Shown: positions 1 through 8,850, counted from the stretch's first letter. The stretch is 64,000 nt of DNA from Clostridia bacterium (GCA_017453325.1 JAFTKK010000084.1:2204-66203); one strand, 5' to 3'. Numbers and translations: made by a program. The notes: generated from the letters alone by a model not told the origin.

Positions 1-591
1 GTCATGGATCTTTGCGGCACCAAACGAGATGTCTGCGCCACTTGCTTTTCTATTGCCGCCGAGAGTGGCTTTCCTTTTGTTGGCGGCCATCCTATGGCCG
101 GCACGCAATTTTCGGGGTATGAAAACAGTCGCGCGGGACTTTTTCATGGTGCGCCCATGGTGCTTGTCCTGCCCGAAACCGACCGCGATAGCTTACGCGC
201 GCGCGCAAAGGCGCTGCTGGCTCCCATTGAATTCGGCACCTTTGCCGAAACGACGGCCGAGGCGCACGACCGCGTGATCGCCTTTACCTCGCAGCTGGCA
301 CACGTGGTATCAAACGCTTACGTCAAAAGCCCGCAAGCACAGATCCATCACGGCTTCTCGGCCGGCTCGTATCGCGACCTCATGCGCGTGGCGTGGCTGA
401 ACGAAACAATGTGGTGCGAGCTGTTTTTAGAGAACCGCGACTTTCTTTCCGAGGAGATCGACCATATCATCACGGCACTCGGCGCATATAGCAAGGCGCT
501 GAAGGAAAACGACGCCGCGACCCTGACTGCGCTGCTGCGCGAGGGACGCATTGCCAAAGAAAACGCTGATAAGGACGGAGATAACAGCTAA
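1..591 (+). CDS. tyrA: prephenate dehydrogenase, C-terminal part (5' end outside window)
   Basis: The frame is open from the window edge. It carries a GHPMAGTQFSG motif and a helical C-terminal domain typical of TyrA. Its TAA stop overlaps the aroB ATG (TAATG). Confidence 0.8.
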   Translation, partial: VMDLCGTKRDVCATCFSIAAESGFPFVGGHPMAGTQFSGYENSRAGLFHGAPMVLVLPETDRDSLRARAKALLAPIEFGTFAETTAEAHDRVIAFTSQLAHVVSNAYVKSPQAQIHHGFSAGSYRDLMRVAWLNETMWCELFLENRDFLSEEIDHIITALGAYSKALKENDAATLTALLREGRIAKENADKDGDNS

Positions 592-1649
592 TGGAAACCA
601 TTACCGTAAAAGCATCCAAAACATATAACGTAGAAGTAGGAAGCGGCCTTTTGACGACCGTAGGCGCGCGCCTTGCTCTACTCTGCCCCGCACCGCGTCG
701 CGTTATGCTGGTGAGCGACGACACGGTTTTTGCCCTGTGGGGCGAGATGGCCGTGACCTCGCTCGAGGCTGCGGGCTACACCGTGACGACCTTTGTTTTC
801 CCCCACGGCGAAGCTTCTAAAAACACCGCCACGCTGCTTAATCTCTGGAACGCCATGGCCACCGCGAAGCTTTCACGCTCCGACGTAGCCGTCGCCCTTG
901 GCGGCGGCGTGGTGGGTGACCTGACCGGCTTTGCCGCCGCCACCTATCTGCGCGGCATTGCCTGCTACCAGATTCCCACCACTCTCCTTGCCATGGTGGA
1001 TTCCTCCGTTGGCGGCAAGACCGCCGTGGATCTGCCTGCGGGCAAAAATCTGTGCGGCGCCTTTTCGCAGCCGATCGGTGTGCTTTGCGACGCCGACGTG
1101 CTGCAAACCCTTCCTGCCGATATTTTCGCAGAGGGGTGCGCCGAGGTCATCAAATACGGTTATATCGGTGACAAGCAGCTGCTTGCCATGCTGGAAACAC
1201 CCTTTCAAAACGACCCCGTGCCCGTGATCGCCCGCTGCATCGCAGACAAACGCGACGTAGTGGAGATGGACGAGCACGATAACGGACCGCGTCAGCTCCT
1301 CAATCTCGGGCACACGGGCGGTCACGCTGCCGAAAAGCTTTCCGACTTTTCCATATCGCATGGCGCAGCGGTCGCCATGGGCATGGTCATGGCAGCGAAG
1401 GCTGCCGTGGCACGTGGCATTTGCAAGCCAGACGTACCGCTTCACATGGAAAATATGCTGCGCCGCTACGGACTTGAGACCGAATGTCCCTTTGCGGCTT
1501 CGGCACTTGCCGAGGCGGCCCTTTCCGACAAAAAGCGACGCGGCGGCGAGGTCACCTTCGTATTCCCCGTGCAGCTTGGCAAAAGCGAGCTTTACCCGGT
1601 GCCCGCAGCCGAGCTTGCAGCGTTGTTTTCGGCGGGAGGCGCAAAATGA
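591..1649 (+). CDS. aroB: 3-dehydroquinate synthase
   Basis: 352 aa with GGGVVGDLTGFAAATYLRGI, DSSVGGKTAVD and conserved His-rich metal-site segments. It lies within the aro operon. Confidence 0.92.
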   Translation: METITVKASKTYNVEVGSGLLTTVGARLALLCPAPRRVMLVSDDTVFALWGEMAVTSLEAAGYTVTTFVFPHGEASKNTATLLNLWNAMATAKLSRSDVAVALGGGVVGDLTGFAAATYLRGIACYQIPTTLLAMVDSSVGGKTAVDLPAGKNLCGAFSQPIGVLCDADVLQTLPADIFAEGCAEVIKYGYIGDKQLLAMLETPFQNDPVPVIARCIADKRDVVEMDEHDNGPRQLLNLGHTGGHAAEKLSDFSISHGAAVAMGMVMAAKAAVARGICKPDVPLHMENMLRRYGLETECPFAASALAEAALSDKKRRGGEVTFVFPVQLGKSELYPVPAAELAALFSAGGAK

Positions 1650-2929
1650 AGACCGTGACCCTGCAAGCACCGCAATATGCCCGCGAGGTAATGGCGCCCA
1701 CCTCAAAATCCGCGGCGCACCGCGCCTTGATCGCGGCTGCCTTTGCGGATACGCAAACCGTCATCCGTATGCATCTGTCCTGCGCGGATATTGATGCTAC
1801 TGCCGACTGTCTGATCGCGCTGGGTGCCAAGATCACCCGCAAGGAAGGCACCCTGACCGTGACACCCGTGGCACGTGACCGCGTCATCCGGGAAGCCACG
1901 CTTGACTGCGGCGAATCGGGCTCCACGCTGCGCTTTTTACTTCCCGTTTGCGCCGCACTTGGTGCCAATGCCACATTCCTGCGCCGCGGCAGACTTCCCG
2001 AACGCCCTTTGGGGCCACTTCTTGACGAGCTCAAAAGACACGGACTTTGTGCCCAAGAGGACGGTGCATTACTGAAAACCACAGGTCTGATCACCGCAGG
2101 TGACTACCGTGTGGCGGCCAATATTTCCTCTCAGTATATCACCGGGCTTTTATTTGCTCTTTCTCTGTTTGATGCCCCCTCCACGCTGACGCTGACGGGC
2201 AAGGTGGAGTCAGCACCGTATATCGACATGACGGTGGCGGCGCTGGCACAGTTTGGCGCCAAGCCGACAACCTCGGAACAGGGCGAGATCTTCGAGATTG
2301 CAGGCTATGCCAAGCAGCCCCTCTGCTCCCCCGGCACCCTTTTCCCCGAGGGGGATTTTTCGGGAGCCGCTTTCCCGCTTGCTCTCGGTGCCATCGGCCC
2401 ACATCCCGTAACCGTGAAGGGTCTTTCCCTCCCCTCGCTACAGGGCGATAGCGAGATCCTTTCTCTCCTTTCACGCTTTGGCGCCAAGGTAACGGTCGAT
2501 CGGGACGCCGTCACCGTATCCCCCGCACCTCTCTATGGCATTGAGATCGGCGCCGAGCAGATCCCCGACCTCGTGCCGATCCTCTCCGTAGTGGCAGCTG
2601 CCGCTGCGGGCACTACGCACATCACGGGGGCTGCGCGCCTGCGCTTGAAGGAAAGCGACCGTCTTGCTGCCGTGAGCGCATTTTTGCGCGTCATGGGCGC
2701 CAATATTACCGAGGAAGAGGACGGCCTTCTTATTGTCGGCACCAAAAAGCTGAACGGCGGTCGCATCGACGCGTGCGGTGACCACCGCATTGCCATGAGC
2801 GCAGCCGTTGCTGCGGCGCTCACCGACGAGGCCGTTGTGATTCCTAACGCCGCGTGCGTGGCAAAATCCTACCCCACCTTTTTTGAGGACGTTATTTTCC
2901 CTACCGAAACGGAAAGGAGCAACATATGA
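1646..2929 (+). CDS. aroA: 3-phosphoshikimate 1-carboxyvinyltransferase (EPSP synthase)
   Basis: The start is taken at ATG 1646 (MKTVTLQAP...), an ATGA overlap with the aroB stop. Motifs LDCGESGSTLRFL, KESDRL and GDHRIAMS are present. Confidence 0.92.
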   Translation: MKTVTLQAPQYAREVMAPTSKSAAHRALIAAAFADTQTVIRMHLSCADIDATADCLIALGAKITRKEGTLTVTPVARDRVIREATLDCGESGSTLRFLLPVCAALGANATFLRRGRLPERPLGPLLDELKRHGLCAQEDGALLKTTGLITAGDYRVAANISSQYITGLLFALSLFDAPSTLTLTGKVESAPYIDMTVAALAQFGAKPTTSEQGEIFEIAGYAKQPLCSPGTLFPEGDFSGAAFPLALGAIGPHPVTVKGLSLPSLQGDSEILSLLSRFGAKVTVDRDAVTVSPAPLYGIEIGAEQIPDLVPILSVVAAAAAGTTHITGAARLRLKESDRLAAVSAFLRVMGANITEEEDGLLIVGTKKLNGGRIDACGDHRIAMSAAVAAALTDEAVVIPNAACVAKSYPTFFEDVIFPTETERSNI

Positions 2930-5166
2930 AAAACACATACGGCAATAACATTTCACTTTCCGTGTTCGGCGGCTCACACGACGCAGAGATCGGCATGACC
3001 CTGGACGGATTTCCCGCAGGTATGCAGCTTGATCGGGCTGCGTTGCTTGCCCTGATGGCGCGCCGTGCCCCCGGCTCGACACCGCTTGGTACCCCGCGCC
3101 GCGAAAGCGACACCCCGATCTTTACAGACGGCCTTGACGAAAACGGCGTGACGACCGGCGCGCGCATCCGCGCCGTGATCCGCAACGAAAACAAGCGCTC
3201 CTCTGACTATAGCTTTATTTATGACACACCGCGCCCCGGCCACGCCGATTACGTCGCCCTGCAAAAGTACGGGAACGGTGTGGATCTGCGCGGCGGCGGT
3301 CGCTTTTCAGGTCGCCTCACCGCCCCCTTGTGCATTGCGGGCGGCTTGGCGCTTCAATATCTTGCTGCAAAAGGCATCCGTGTCGGTGCGCACATCGCCT
3401 CGGTAGGTCACGTAAAGGACACACTTTTCGACCCCGTTGTGGCAGATACCGTACTTTTCGACAAGCTGGCCTCACGCCCCTTGGCCGTGATCGACGAGGC
3501 GGCGGGCGAAAAAATGGCCGAGGTGATCGGGGCGGCGCGCGCCGCAGGTGATTCCGTCGGCGGCACCGTAGAATGTATGGTAACGGGATTGCCCGTCGGC
3601 CTTGGCGAGCATATGTTTGACGGGGCGGAAGGGCGCATTTCCTCCATGATGTACGCCATCCCTGCCGTAAAGGGTGTGGAGTTTGGCGCGGGCTTTGCCG
3701 TGGCCGAAATGGTCGGCAGCGAAAGCAACGATCCGTTTGTAACGGACGGGACGCATATCAGCACCAAAACCAACCGATGCGGCGGTATTCTCGGCGGCAT
3801 GACCAATGGTATGCCACTTGTCTTCCGCATTGCCGTGAAGCCCACCCCCTCGATTGCTAAAGAGCAGCAAACGGTGTCGCTTTCTCAGATGAAAAACACC
3901 ACGCTCTCTGTCAAGGGTCGGCATGACCCTTGCATTCTTCCGCGTGTGGTACCCGTGGTAGAGGCTGCCGCGGCATTGGCCATCCTTGACTTGATGCTGG
4001 ATGAGCAGCCGTGCACCGCGGGCATAACCGACCTCGCCCCCTTGCGCCGTCAAATCGACCGCATTGACCGTGAGCTGGTCGCGCTTTTCTCGGCACGTAT
4101 GCAGGTTTCCTCGGGTGTGGCGGAATACAAGCGCGCCAGCGGCATGCCCGTATTTGACCCCGTGCGCGAGGCAGCGCTGCTTGAGCGCGTATCCGCTATG
4201 TCCCCTGCCGAAACGGCAGATTACACGCGCACGCTTTACACAAACATTCTTTCGCTTTCCCGCGCCTACCAACACGCAAGGCTTGGAAGCGACTCGGCGC
4301 TGACCGCCGATATTGCCGCCGCCCTGCAAAAAACGCCCACGGACTTCCCCACGGCGGCAACTGTGGCATGCCAGGGCGTGATGGGTGCTTATTCCCACAA
4401 AGCGGCAAGCACCATGTTTGCTGAGCCCGATATTCACTATTACCCCCGTTTTTCCGACGTTTTCACCGCCATTGAAGAGGGCTCCTGCCGCTACGGCGTG
4501 CTGCCGATCGAAAACAGCACGGCGGGGTCGGTGACAGAGATCTACGACCTGATGGCCAAGCACCGCTTCTATATTGTAAGGGCCTTAAGGCTTGGCGTTG
4601 ACCATTGCTTACTGGCCAAACGGGGCGAGAAAATAGAGGATATTGTCGAAATCGTCTCCCACAAGCAGGCTCTGGCACAATGCAGCGCCTTTCTTGCCGC
4701 ACACCCGCACATCAAGGTAACCCCCATGGATAATACCGCCATGGCAGCGCAATATGCCGCGAGGGGGGCTGACGGCGTGGCTGCGATTGCAGGACGTGAC
4801 TGCGCAGCGCTTTATGATCTTGATACCGTGGCGGAGCACATCAGCGACACCGCCACCAATCGCACACGCTTCATCTGTATTTCAAAGACCCCCGAAATTT
4901 ACGGCGGTGCCGATAAGACCAGCATTATTCTGACGATCCCCCACAAGCCCGGCGCACTGTCGAGAATCCTCGCGCGCTTTGATGCCATGCGCATCAATCT
5001 CACCAAGCTTGAGTCCCGCCCGATCCCCGAGCGCGACTTCGAGTTCCGCTTTTATTTTGATCTCGTGTGTCCGGCAGATCTGCCCGTGCTTTCGCATCTT
5101 TTGACCGAGCTTGCCGGCGAGCACGAGGAATTCCGTTATCTCGGCACCTACAGCGAGATAGAATAG
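2926..5166 (+). CDS. fusion protein: chorismate synthase (aa 1-~360) + chorismate mutase (aa ~366-450) + prephenate dehydratase with ACT domain (aa ~478-746)
   Basis: Single uninterrupted 746-aa ORF. The N-terminal part has AroC motifs (GGSHD, GRHDPCILPR). The middle part has the AroQ-class CM helix LRRQIDRIDRELVALFSARM. The C-terminal part is PDT-like (ACQGVMGAYSH, ENSTAGSV) with an ACT-like tail. ATGA overlap with the aroA stop. Confidence 0.85.
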   Translation: MKNTYGNNISLSVFGGSHDAEIGMTLDGFPAGMQLDRAALLALMARRAPGSTPLGTPRRESDTPIFTDGLDENGVTTGARIRAVIRNENKRSSDYSFIYDTPRPGHADYVALQKYGNGVDLRGGGRFSGRLTAPLCIAGGLALQYLAAKGIRVGAHIASVGHVKDTLFDPVVADTVLFDKLASRPLAVIDEAAGEKMAEVIGAARAAGDSVGGTVECMVTGLPVGLGEHMFDGAEGRISSMMYAIPAVKGVEFGAGFAVAEMVGSESNDPFVTDGTHISTKTNRCGGILGGMTNGMPLVFRIAVKPTPSIAKEQQTVSLSQMKNTTLSVKGRHDPCILPRVVPVVEAAAALAILDLMLDEQPCTAGITDLAPLRRQIDRIDRELVALFSARMQVSSGVAEYKRASGMPVFDPVREAALLERVSAMSPAETADYTRTLYTNILSLSRAYQHARLGSDSALTADIAAALQKTPTDFPTAATVACQGVMGAYSHKAASTMFAEPDIHYYPRFSDVFTAIEEGSCRYGVLPIENSTAGSVTEIYDLMAKHRFYIVRALRLGVDHCLLAKRGEKIEDIVEIVSHKQALAQCSAFLAAHPHIKVTPMDNTAMAAQYAARGADGVAAIAGRDCAALYDLDTVAEHISDTATNRTRFICISKTPEIYGGADKTSIILTIPHKPGALSRILARFDAMRINLTKLESRPIPERDFEFRFYFDLVCPADLPVLSHLLTELAGEHEEFRYLGTYSEIE

Positions 5167-5174
5167 GAGCCGCC

Positions 5175-6410
5175 ATGTCTCACAAAACACTTCGCGCCGG
5201 GCTGATCGGTGCCCACCTTTCTCACAGCTACTCTCCCGAAATACACGCGGCCTTGGCCGACTACGATTACCGTTTGATCGAGCTTGCACCAAGCGAGCTT
5301 GGTCCGTTTCTGCAAAGTGATGCCTTTGACGCACTCAACGTGACCATTCCCTACAAGCAGGATGTCATTCCTTATCTTACGCGCCTTTCTGACACGGCGG
5401 CGCGCATCGGTGCCGTCAACACCATCATGCGCGAGGCAGACGGCTCGCTTACGGGCTACAACACCGACTATGATGGTCTCGCGGATATGATCAGCTCCCT
5501 GCACGTGTCTCTCACCGGCAAAAAGGTACTGGTGCTCGGCTCAGGCGGTGCTTCCAAAACCGCAGTTCTGGTAGCCCGCGATATGGGCGCTTCACCCGTA
5601 GTGGTGATCTCACGAAACGGCGAGGATAACTACGGCAATCTGCAAAAGCACGAGGATGCCGCCATCATCATTAACGCCACACCCGTCGGTATGTACCCCC
5701 ACAACGGTGAGGCACCGCTCTCGCTGGCGAAATTTCCCCGCCTTGAGGCCGTATTTGATCTCATCTACAATCCGCTGCGCACCGCGCTGCTCGAGGAGGC
5801 AGAGGCGCGCGCCATTCCCTGCTGCAACGGCCTTTTGATGCTTGTTTCCCAGGCAAGACGTGCTGCAGAGCTCTTTTTAAGCACATCTATCTCACAGGAT
5901 GTCTGCGACAAGATCACGGCCGACATTGCCGAAAAGACCGAAAATATCATTCTGATCGGTATGCCGGGCTGCGGCAAGAGCACCCTTGGAAAATTGCTGG
6001 CCGCAGAATGGGGACGCCCCTTCCTTGACGCGGACGCGGAGCTGGTAAAGACTGCGGGTATGCCGATACCCGATATTTTCAAAGTCGAAGGCGAGGCGGG
6101 CTTCCGTAAGCGCGAGAGCTGCGTACTGGCAGAGCTTGGCAAGGGAAAGGGGTTGGTGATCGCCACGGGCGGCGGCTGCGTGACTGTTGCCGAAAACTAC
6201 TCTCACCTGCATCAAAACGGCAAAATCGTTTTCCTTGATATTCCGCCCGAGGGCCTCTCGGTCGAGGGCAGACCCCTTTCGCAAAGCCGCTCCCCCGAAG
6301 CGCTTTACCGCGAGCGCTTGCCGCTTTACCGCCAATTTGCAGATGTTACGGTTCCCATCACACGCGACATCGAAGAAAATCTGAAAACAATTAAGGAGGC
6401 TTTGCAATGA
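5175..6410 (+). CDS. fusion protein: shikimate dehydrogenase (N-terminal) + shikimate kinase (C-terminal)
   Basis: ATG 5175 (MSHKTLRAG...) lies 8 nt after the upstream stop, preceded by an AGGAG RBS. The AroE part has SYSPEIH, NVTIPYK and GSGGASK. The AroK part has the P-loop GMPGCGKSTLG from about nt 5960. Confidence 0.88.
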   Translation: MSHKTLRAGLIGAHLSHSYSPEIHAALADYDYRLIELAPSELGPFLQSDAFDALNVTIPYKQDVIPYLTRLSDTAARIGAVNTIMREADGSLTGYNTDYDGLADMISSLHVSLTGKKVLVLGSGGASKTAVLVARDMGASPVVVISRNGEDNYGNLQKHEDAAIIINATPVGMYPHNGEAPLSLAKFPRLEAVFDLIYNPLRTALLEEAEARAIPCCNGLLMLVSQARRAAELFLSTSISQDVCDKITADIAEKTENIILIGMPGCGKSTLGKLLAAEWGRPFLDADAELVKTAGMPIPDIFKVEGEAGFRKRESCVLAELGKGKGLVIATGGGCVTVAENYSHLHQNGKIVFLDIPPEGLSVEGRPLSQSRSPEALYRERLPLYRQFADVTVPITRDIEENLKTIKEALQ

Positions 6411-6838
6411 AGCTGCTTGTTATCAACGGCCCCAATCTCAATATGCTGGGCGTGCGGGAGCCGGAGATCTACGGCAACCGCAACTATGCCGCGCTTTGCG
6501 CATTCATCAAGGAAGCGGCAAATGAGGTCGGTGCCTCATGCGAGATCTATCAATCCAATCACGAGGGTGCGATCGTAGATAAGATTCAAGAGGCGCTCGG
6601 AACCTTTGATGCCATTGTCATCAACCCCGCAGCCTATACACACACAAGTGTTGCCATTGCCGATGCATTGTCGGCCGTAGCACTTCCCACCGTGGAGGTC
6701 CATCTCTCAGATGTGATGAAGCGAGAAAGCTTCCGCCACCATTCCTTTGTGGCACCCGTTGCCAAAAAGACATACATGGGTCTTGGCTTCGAGGGTTATA
6801 AAAAAGCCATTCGCTATCTCGTCTGTCAAGAGGAATAA
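6407..6838 (+). CDS. aroQ: type II 3-dehydroquinate dehydratase
   Basis: 143 aa with NGPNLNMLGVREPEIYG, SNHEG and INPAAYTHTS. ATGA overlap with the upstream gene. Confidence 0.93.
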   Translation: MKLLVINGPNLNMLGVREPEIYGNRNYAALCAFIKEAANEVGASCEIYQSNHEGAIVDKIQEALGTFDAIVINPAAYTHTSVAIADALSAVALPTVEVHLSDVMKRESFRHHSFVAPVAKKTYMGLGFEGYKKAIRYLVCQEE

Positions 6839-6851
6839 GCAAACAGAAAAG

Positions 6852-6889
6852 AGGGTCAGGCGGCACCGTGCCGTCTGACCCTTTTTTTG
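6852..6889 (+). terminator. intrinsic terminator of the aro operon
   Basis: About 12-bp GC-rich stem (AGGGTCAGGCGG / CCGTCTGACCCT) followed by T7. Confidence 0.8.
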
Positions 6890-7054
6890 CGCCGAAGCCG
6901 ACCGTTTGTGCCGCTTATTTTGCGCGGCGCTCTCCGTTTATTCGACATTTCCATTATTTTTCTTCCTTTTTCCAATTTTTCAAATTACTTTTTCTATTTT
7001 CTTTTCTCGACATTTTCAACTTTTTTCAAGCACCATCCGACTTTTCCCAAGCGC

Positions 7055-7100
7055 GAAAAATGCGACGCGAGTATACGTTACAAAACGCACATCGCGTCGC
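7055..7100 (-). terminator. intrinsic terminator after the 70-aa ORF
   Basis: 9-bp stem GCGACGCGA / TCGCGTCGC with a long loop, followed on the minus strand by a T5 run. Confidence 0.55.
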
Positions 7101-7108
7101 GCGGCGAT

Positions 7109-7321
7109 TTAAGCCTGAAATACCTTCACACCCCAGATGCTTTCGGTGCGCTCCACCTTGATCACACGCCGTCCTGTTTTATCGGTATAGTAGATCTTGA
7201 TCCATTCATCGTCAATATCCAGGACCTCGCAAACAATGTCCGGACTTCCCGTAAGATATTCGGCATCCTCGTTCCGTATGGAGCAACAGCAGCCCTTGAG
7301 ACTCAGTAGCATATCCGACAT
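7109..7321 (-). CDS. hypothetical small Cys-rich protein (70 aa)
   Basis: ATG 7321 is preceded by an AGGGGGAA RBS. Sequence starts MSDMLLSLKGCCCSIRNED.... I recognise no family. It has its own terminator. Confidence 0.5.
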   Translation of the reverse strand: MSDMLLSLKGCCCSIRNEDAEYLTGSPDIVCEVLDIDDEWIKIYYTDKTGRRVIKVERTESIWGVKVFQA

Positions 7322-7409
7322 AAAAAAATTCCCCCTTGCGTAAAAATCGGCAATCATGCGCCACTTCCATTTTTTACGCATCGGGGGAGTTTTATACACA
7401 AAAACAAAA

Positions 7410-7595
7410 TTATATTGTGTGTGTGAGAGTGGGCTGCTCCCAAGCAAGCTCTTTGGCCTTTTGATCGTTTCGATTGACCTCGCCAATTCGTTTGACGGTG
7501 ATCACTACCGCGACGATAAAAATGACAATAATCAAAATGCGAATGATCAGCGTGAGGGGTGAGGTCGCGCCTCCTCTGTTTTTATTTTTTGACAT
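7410..7595 (-). CDS. small single-pass membrane protein at the divIC position (possible minimal FtsB/DivIC-like protein)
   Basis: 61 aa with a basic N-terminus, one TM helix (LTLIIRILIIVIFIVAVVITV) and a short charged tail. It follows yabQ as divIC does in Bacillus. The call rests on synteny only. Confidence 0.4.
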   Translation of the reverse strand: MSKNKNRGGATSPLTLIIRILIIVIFIVAVVITVKRIGEVNRNDQKAKELAWEQPTLTHTI

Positions 7596-8260
7596 ATGAT
7601 ATTTTTCTTTCCTTTATTCATTTTTGGACGGGGGCATGGCGCCTTTTGGGCGCGCGGGTGGGGCAGCAAGCCGTTTGCCGCAAGAGCAAGCTGCCTTGCG
7701 CAAAGCCTCCTTGAACGGGCAGCAAGAAGCGATGCGGCGCACCGCCGTGCCAGACGGCCAAGCGGCCGTATGAGGGCACGCAATAAGATCCGCCACACAA
7801 GCAAAAACGGCCACAGAAGCGCCGCGCGCACATATAGCAGAAGTGCAGAAAGGGCAAAAGCAAGCAATGCGATCACACGCGCGATCGGCAACGATATGTA
7901 TGTGCGCCACAAAGCAAAACCGAGCAGCATACAAAGCGGTGCACCAATGCGAAACACACCCCGATAAAGCGAAAACAACAAGAGCAACAGGCAAACAGCC
8001 GCTGTCACAGGCAGCAAAAATGTGCCAAGACAACGCAAGACACGTGACCAAGCACCTCGCACACGCGAAATGCCGCAGCCAACCGCACGACCGATGACGG
8101 GCAATTTGCGCGCATATAAATGCGCACAAAACGGCGGCGGGCAATATGCGCCCAAAAACACCGAAAGCAGCGTGCCGCAGTCAAAAAGGCAACCAACGCC
8201 AAGGCCGCACAAAAATGCGCCCAGAAGAAGCCTTGCCTGCAGCAAAGGATCGATCGTCAT
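7547..8260 (-). CDS. yabQ: spore cortex biosynthesis protein YabQ-like membrane protein
   Basis: Multi-TM protein immediately after yabP with an ATGA overlap. N-terminus LLLGAFLCGLGVGCLFDCG resembles YabQ. It has a long Arg/Lys-rich C-terminal tail. Confidence 0.6.
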   Translation of the reverse strand: MTIDPLLQARLLLGAFLCGLGVGCLFDCGTLLSVFLGAYCPPPFCAHLYARKLPVIGRAVGCGISRVRGAWSRVLRCLGTFLLPVTAAVCLLLLLFSLYRGVFRIGAPLCMLLGFALWRTYISLPIARVIALLAFALSALLLYVRAALLWPFLLVWRILLRALIRPLGRLARRCAASLLAARSRRLCARQLALAANGLLPHPRAQKAPCPRPKMNKGKKNIICQKIKTEEARPHPSR

Positions 8261-8556
8261 ACCGTGCGAAACACGCCGCCAAACAGGCCCTTTCGCTTAT
8301 GCTCACGCGGCGTACTGTAAAAGATGGCGTTGACGGTACCGTCAACGACGAGCATGCCGCGAGAAAGATCGAGCGTGCCTACGCGCAGCCCCGCCCCCTC
8401 TACCGTCATTTCACCGCAAAGCGTGTCAAGAATCACGAGCTCCTCGTCAAAGCTCTTTACCTCAACCACACCCACGATCTCCGCGTGCTCACGCGAGAGC
8501 AGCGAGAGCGTATGCTGTCTTGCATCACCGCTTGGTTGCTTTTGTATATCCGACAT
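8257..8556 (-). CDS. yabP: sporulation protein YabP
   Basis: 99 aa. The segment HTLSLLSREHAEIVGVVEVKSFDEELVILDT...GEMTVEGAGL is typical of YabP. Synteny with yabO and yabQ supports it. Confidence 0.8.
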   Translation of the reverse strand: MSDIQKQPSGDARQHTLSLLSREHAEIVGVVEVKSFDEELVILDTLCGEMTVEGAGLRVGTLDLSRGMLVVDGTVNAIFYSTPREHKRKGLFGGVFRTV

Positions 8557-8607
8557 AACCTACCTCCGCATCACATATCGATACAGTATATGTGCGGGAG
8601 GCTCGGG

Positions 8608-8850
8608 TTATTCTATGACCTCGTAAAGGCCTGCGGCATCCGCCTTGCCAACCGTTTCCTTGACGGACAGCACGCGAATCTTGAGTGTACGTGCGCCAAA
8701 CGCCACTTCGACCACATCGTTTTCCTTGACCTCGTACGAGGCTTTGGCGGGGCGTCCGTTGACCGTAACGCGCGCAGCGTCACAGGCATCGTTGGCCACA
8801 GTGCGCCGCTTGATAATGCGGGAAACCTTTAAATACTTATCAAGTCTCAT
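8608..8850 (-). CDS. S4-domain RNA-binding protein (YabO/RqcP-like)
   Basis: 80 aa. MRLDKYLKVSRIIKRRTVA is an S4 motif. It occupies the yabO position. Confidence 0.8.
   Translation of the reverse strand: MRLDKYLKVSRIIKRRTVANDACDAARVTVNGRPAKASYEVKENDVVEVAFGARTLKIRVLSVKETVGKADAAGLYEVIE

Noticed and set aside
6868-7309. Three overlapping plus-strand ORFs (97, 140 and 68 aa) in the AT-rich island.
   Set aside because: Their translations are phenylalanine/leucine low-complexity strings produced by the T-rich tract. There is no RBS, and they lie downstream of a strong terminator.
8146-8832. 228-aa plus-strand ORF spanning the yabQ/yabP/yabO region.
   Set aside because: It is antisense to three syntenic, motif-supported sporulation genes. 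Its N-terminus is Arg/Lys/Ala junk.
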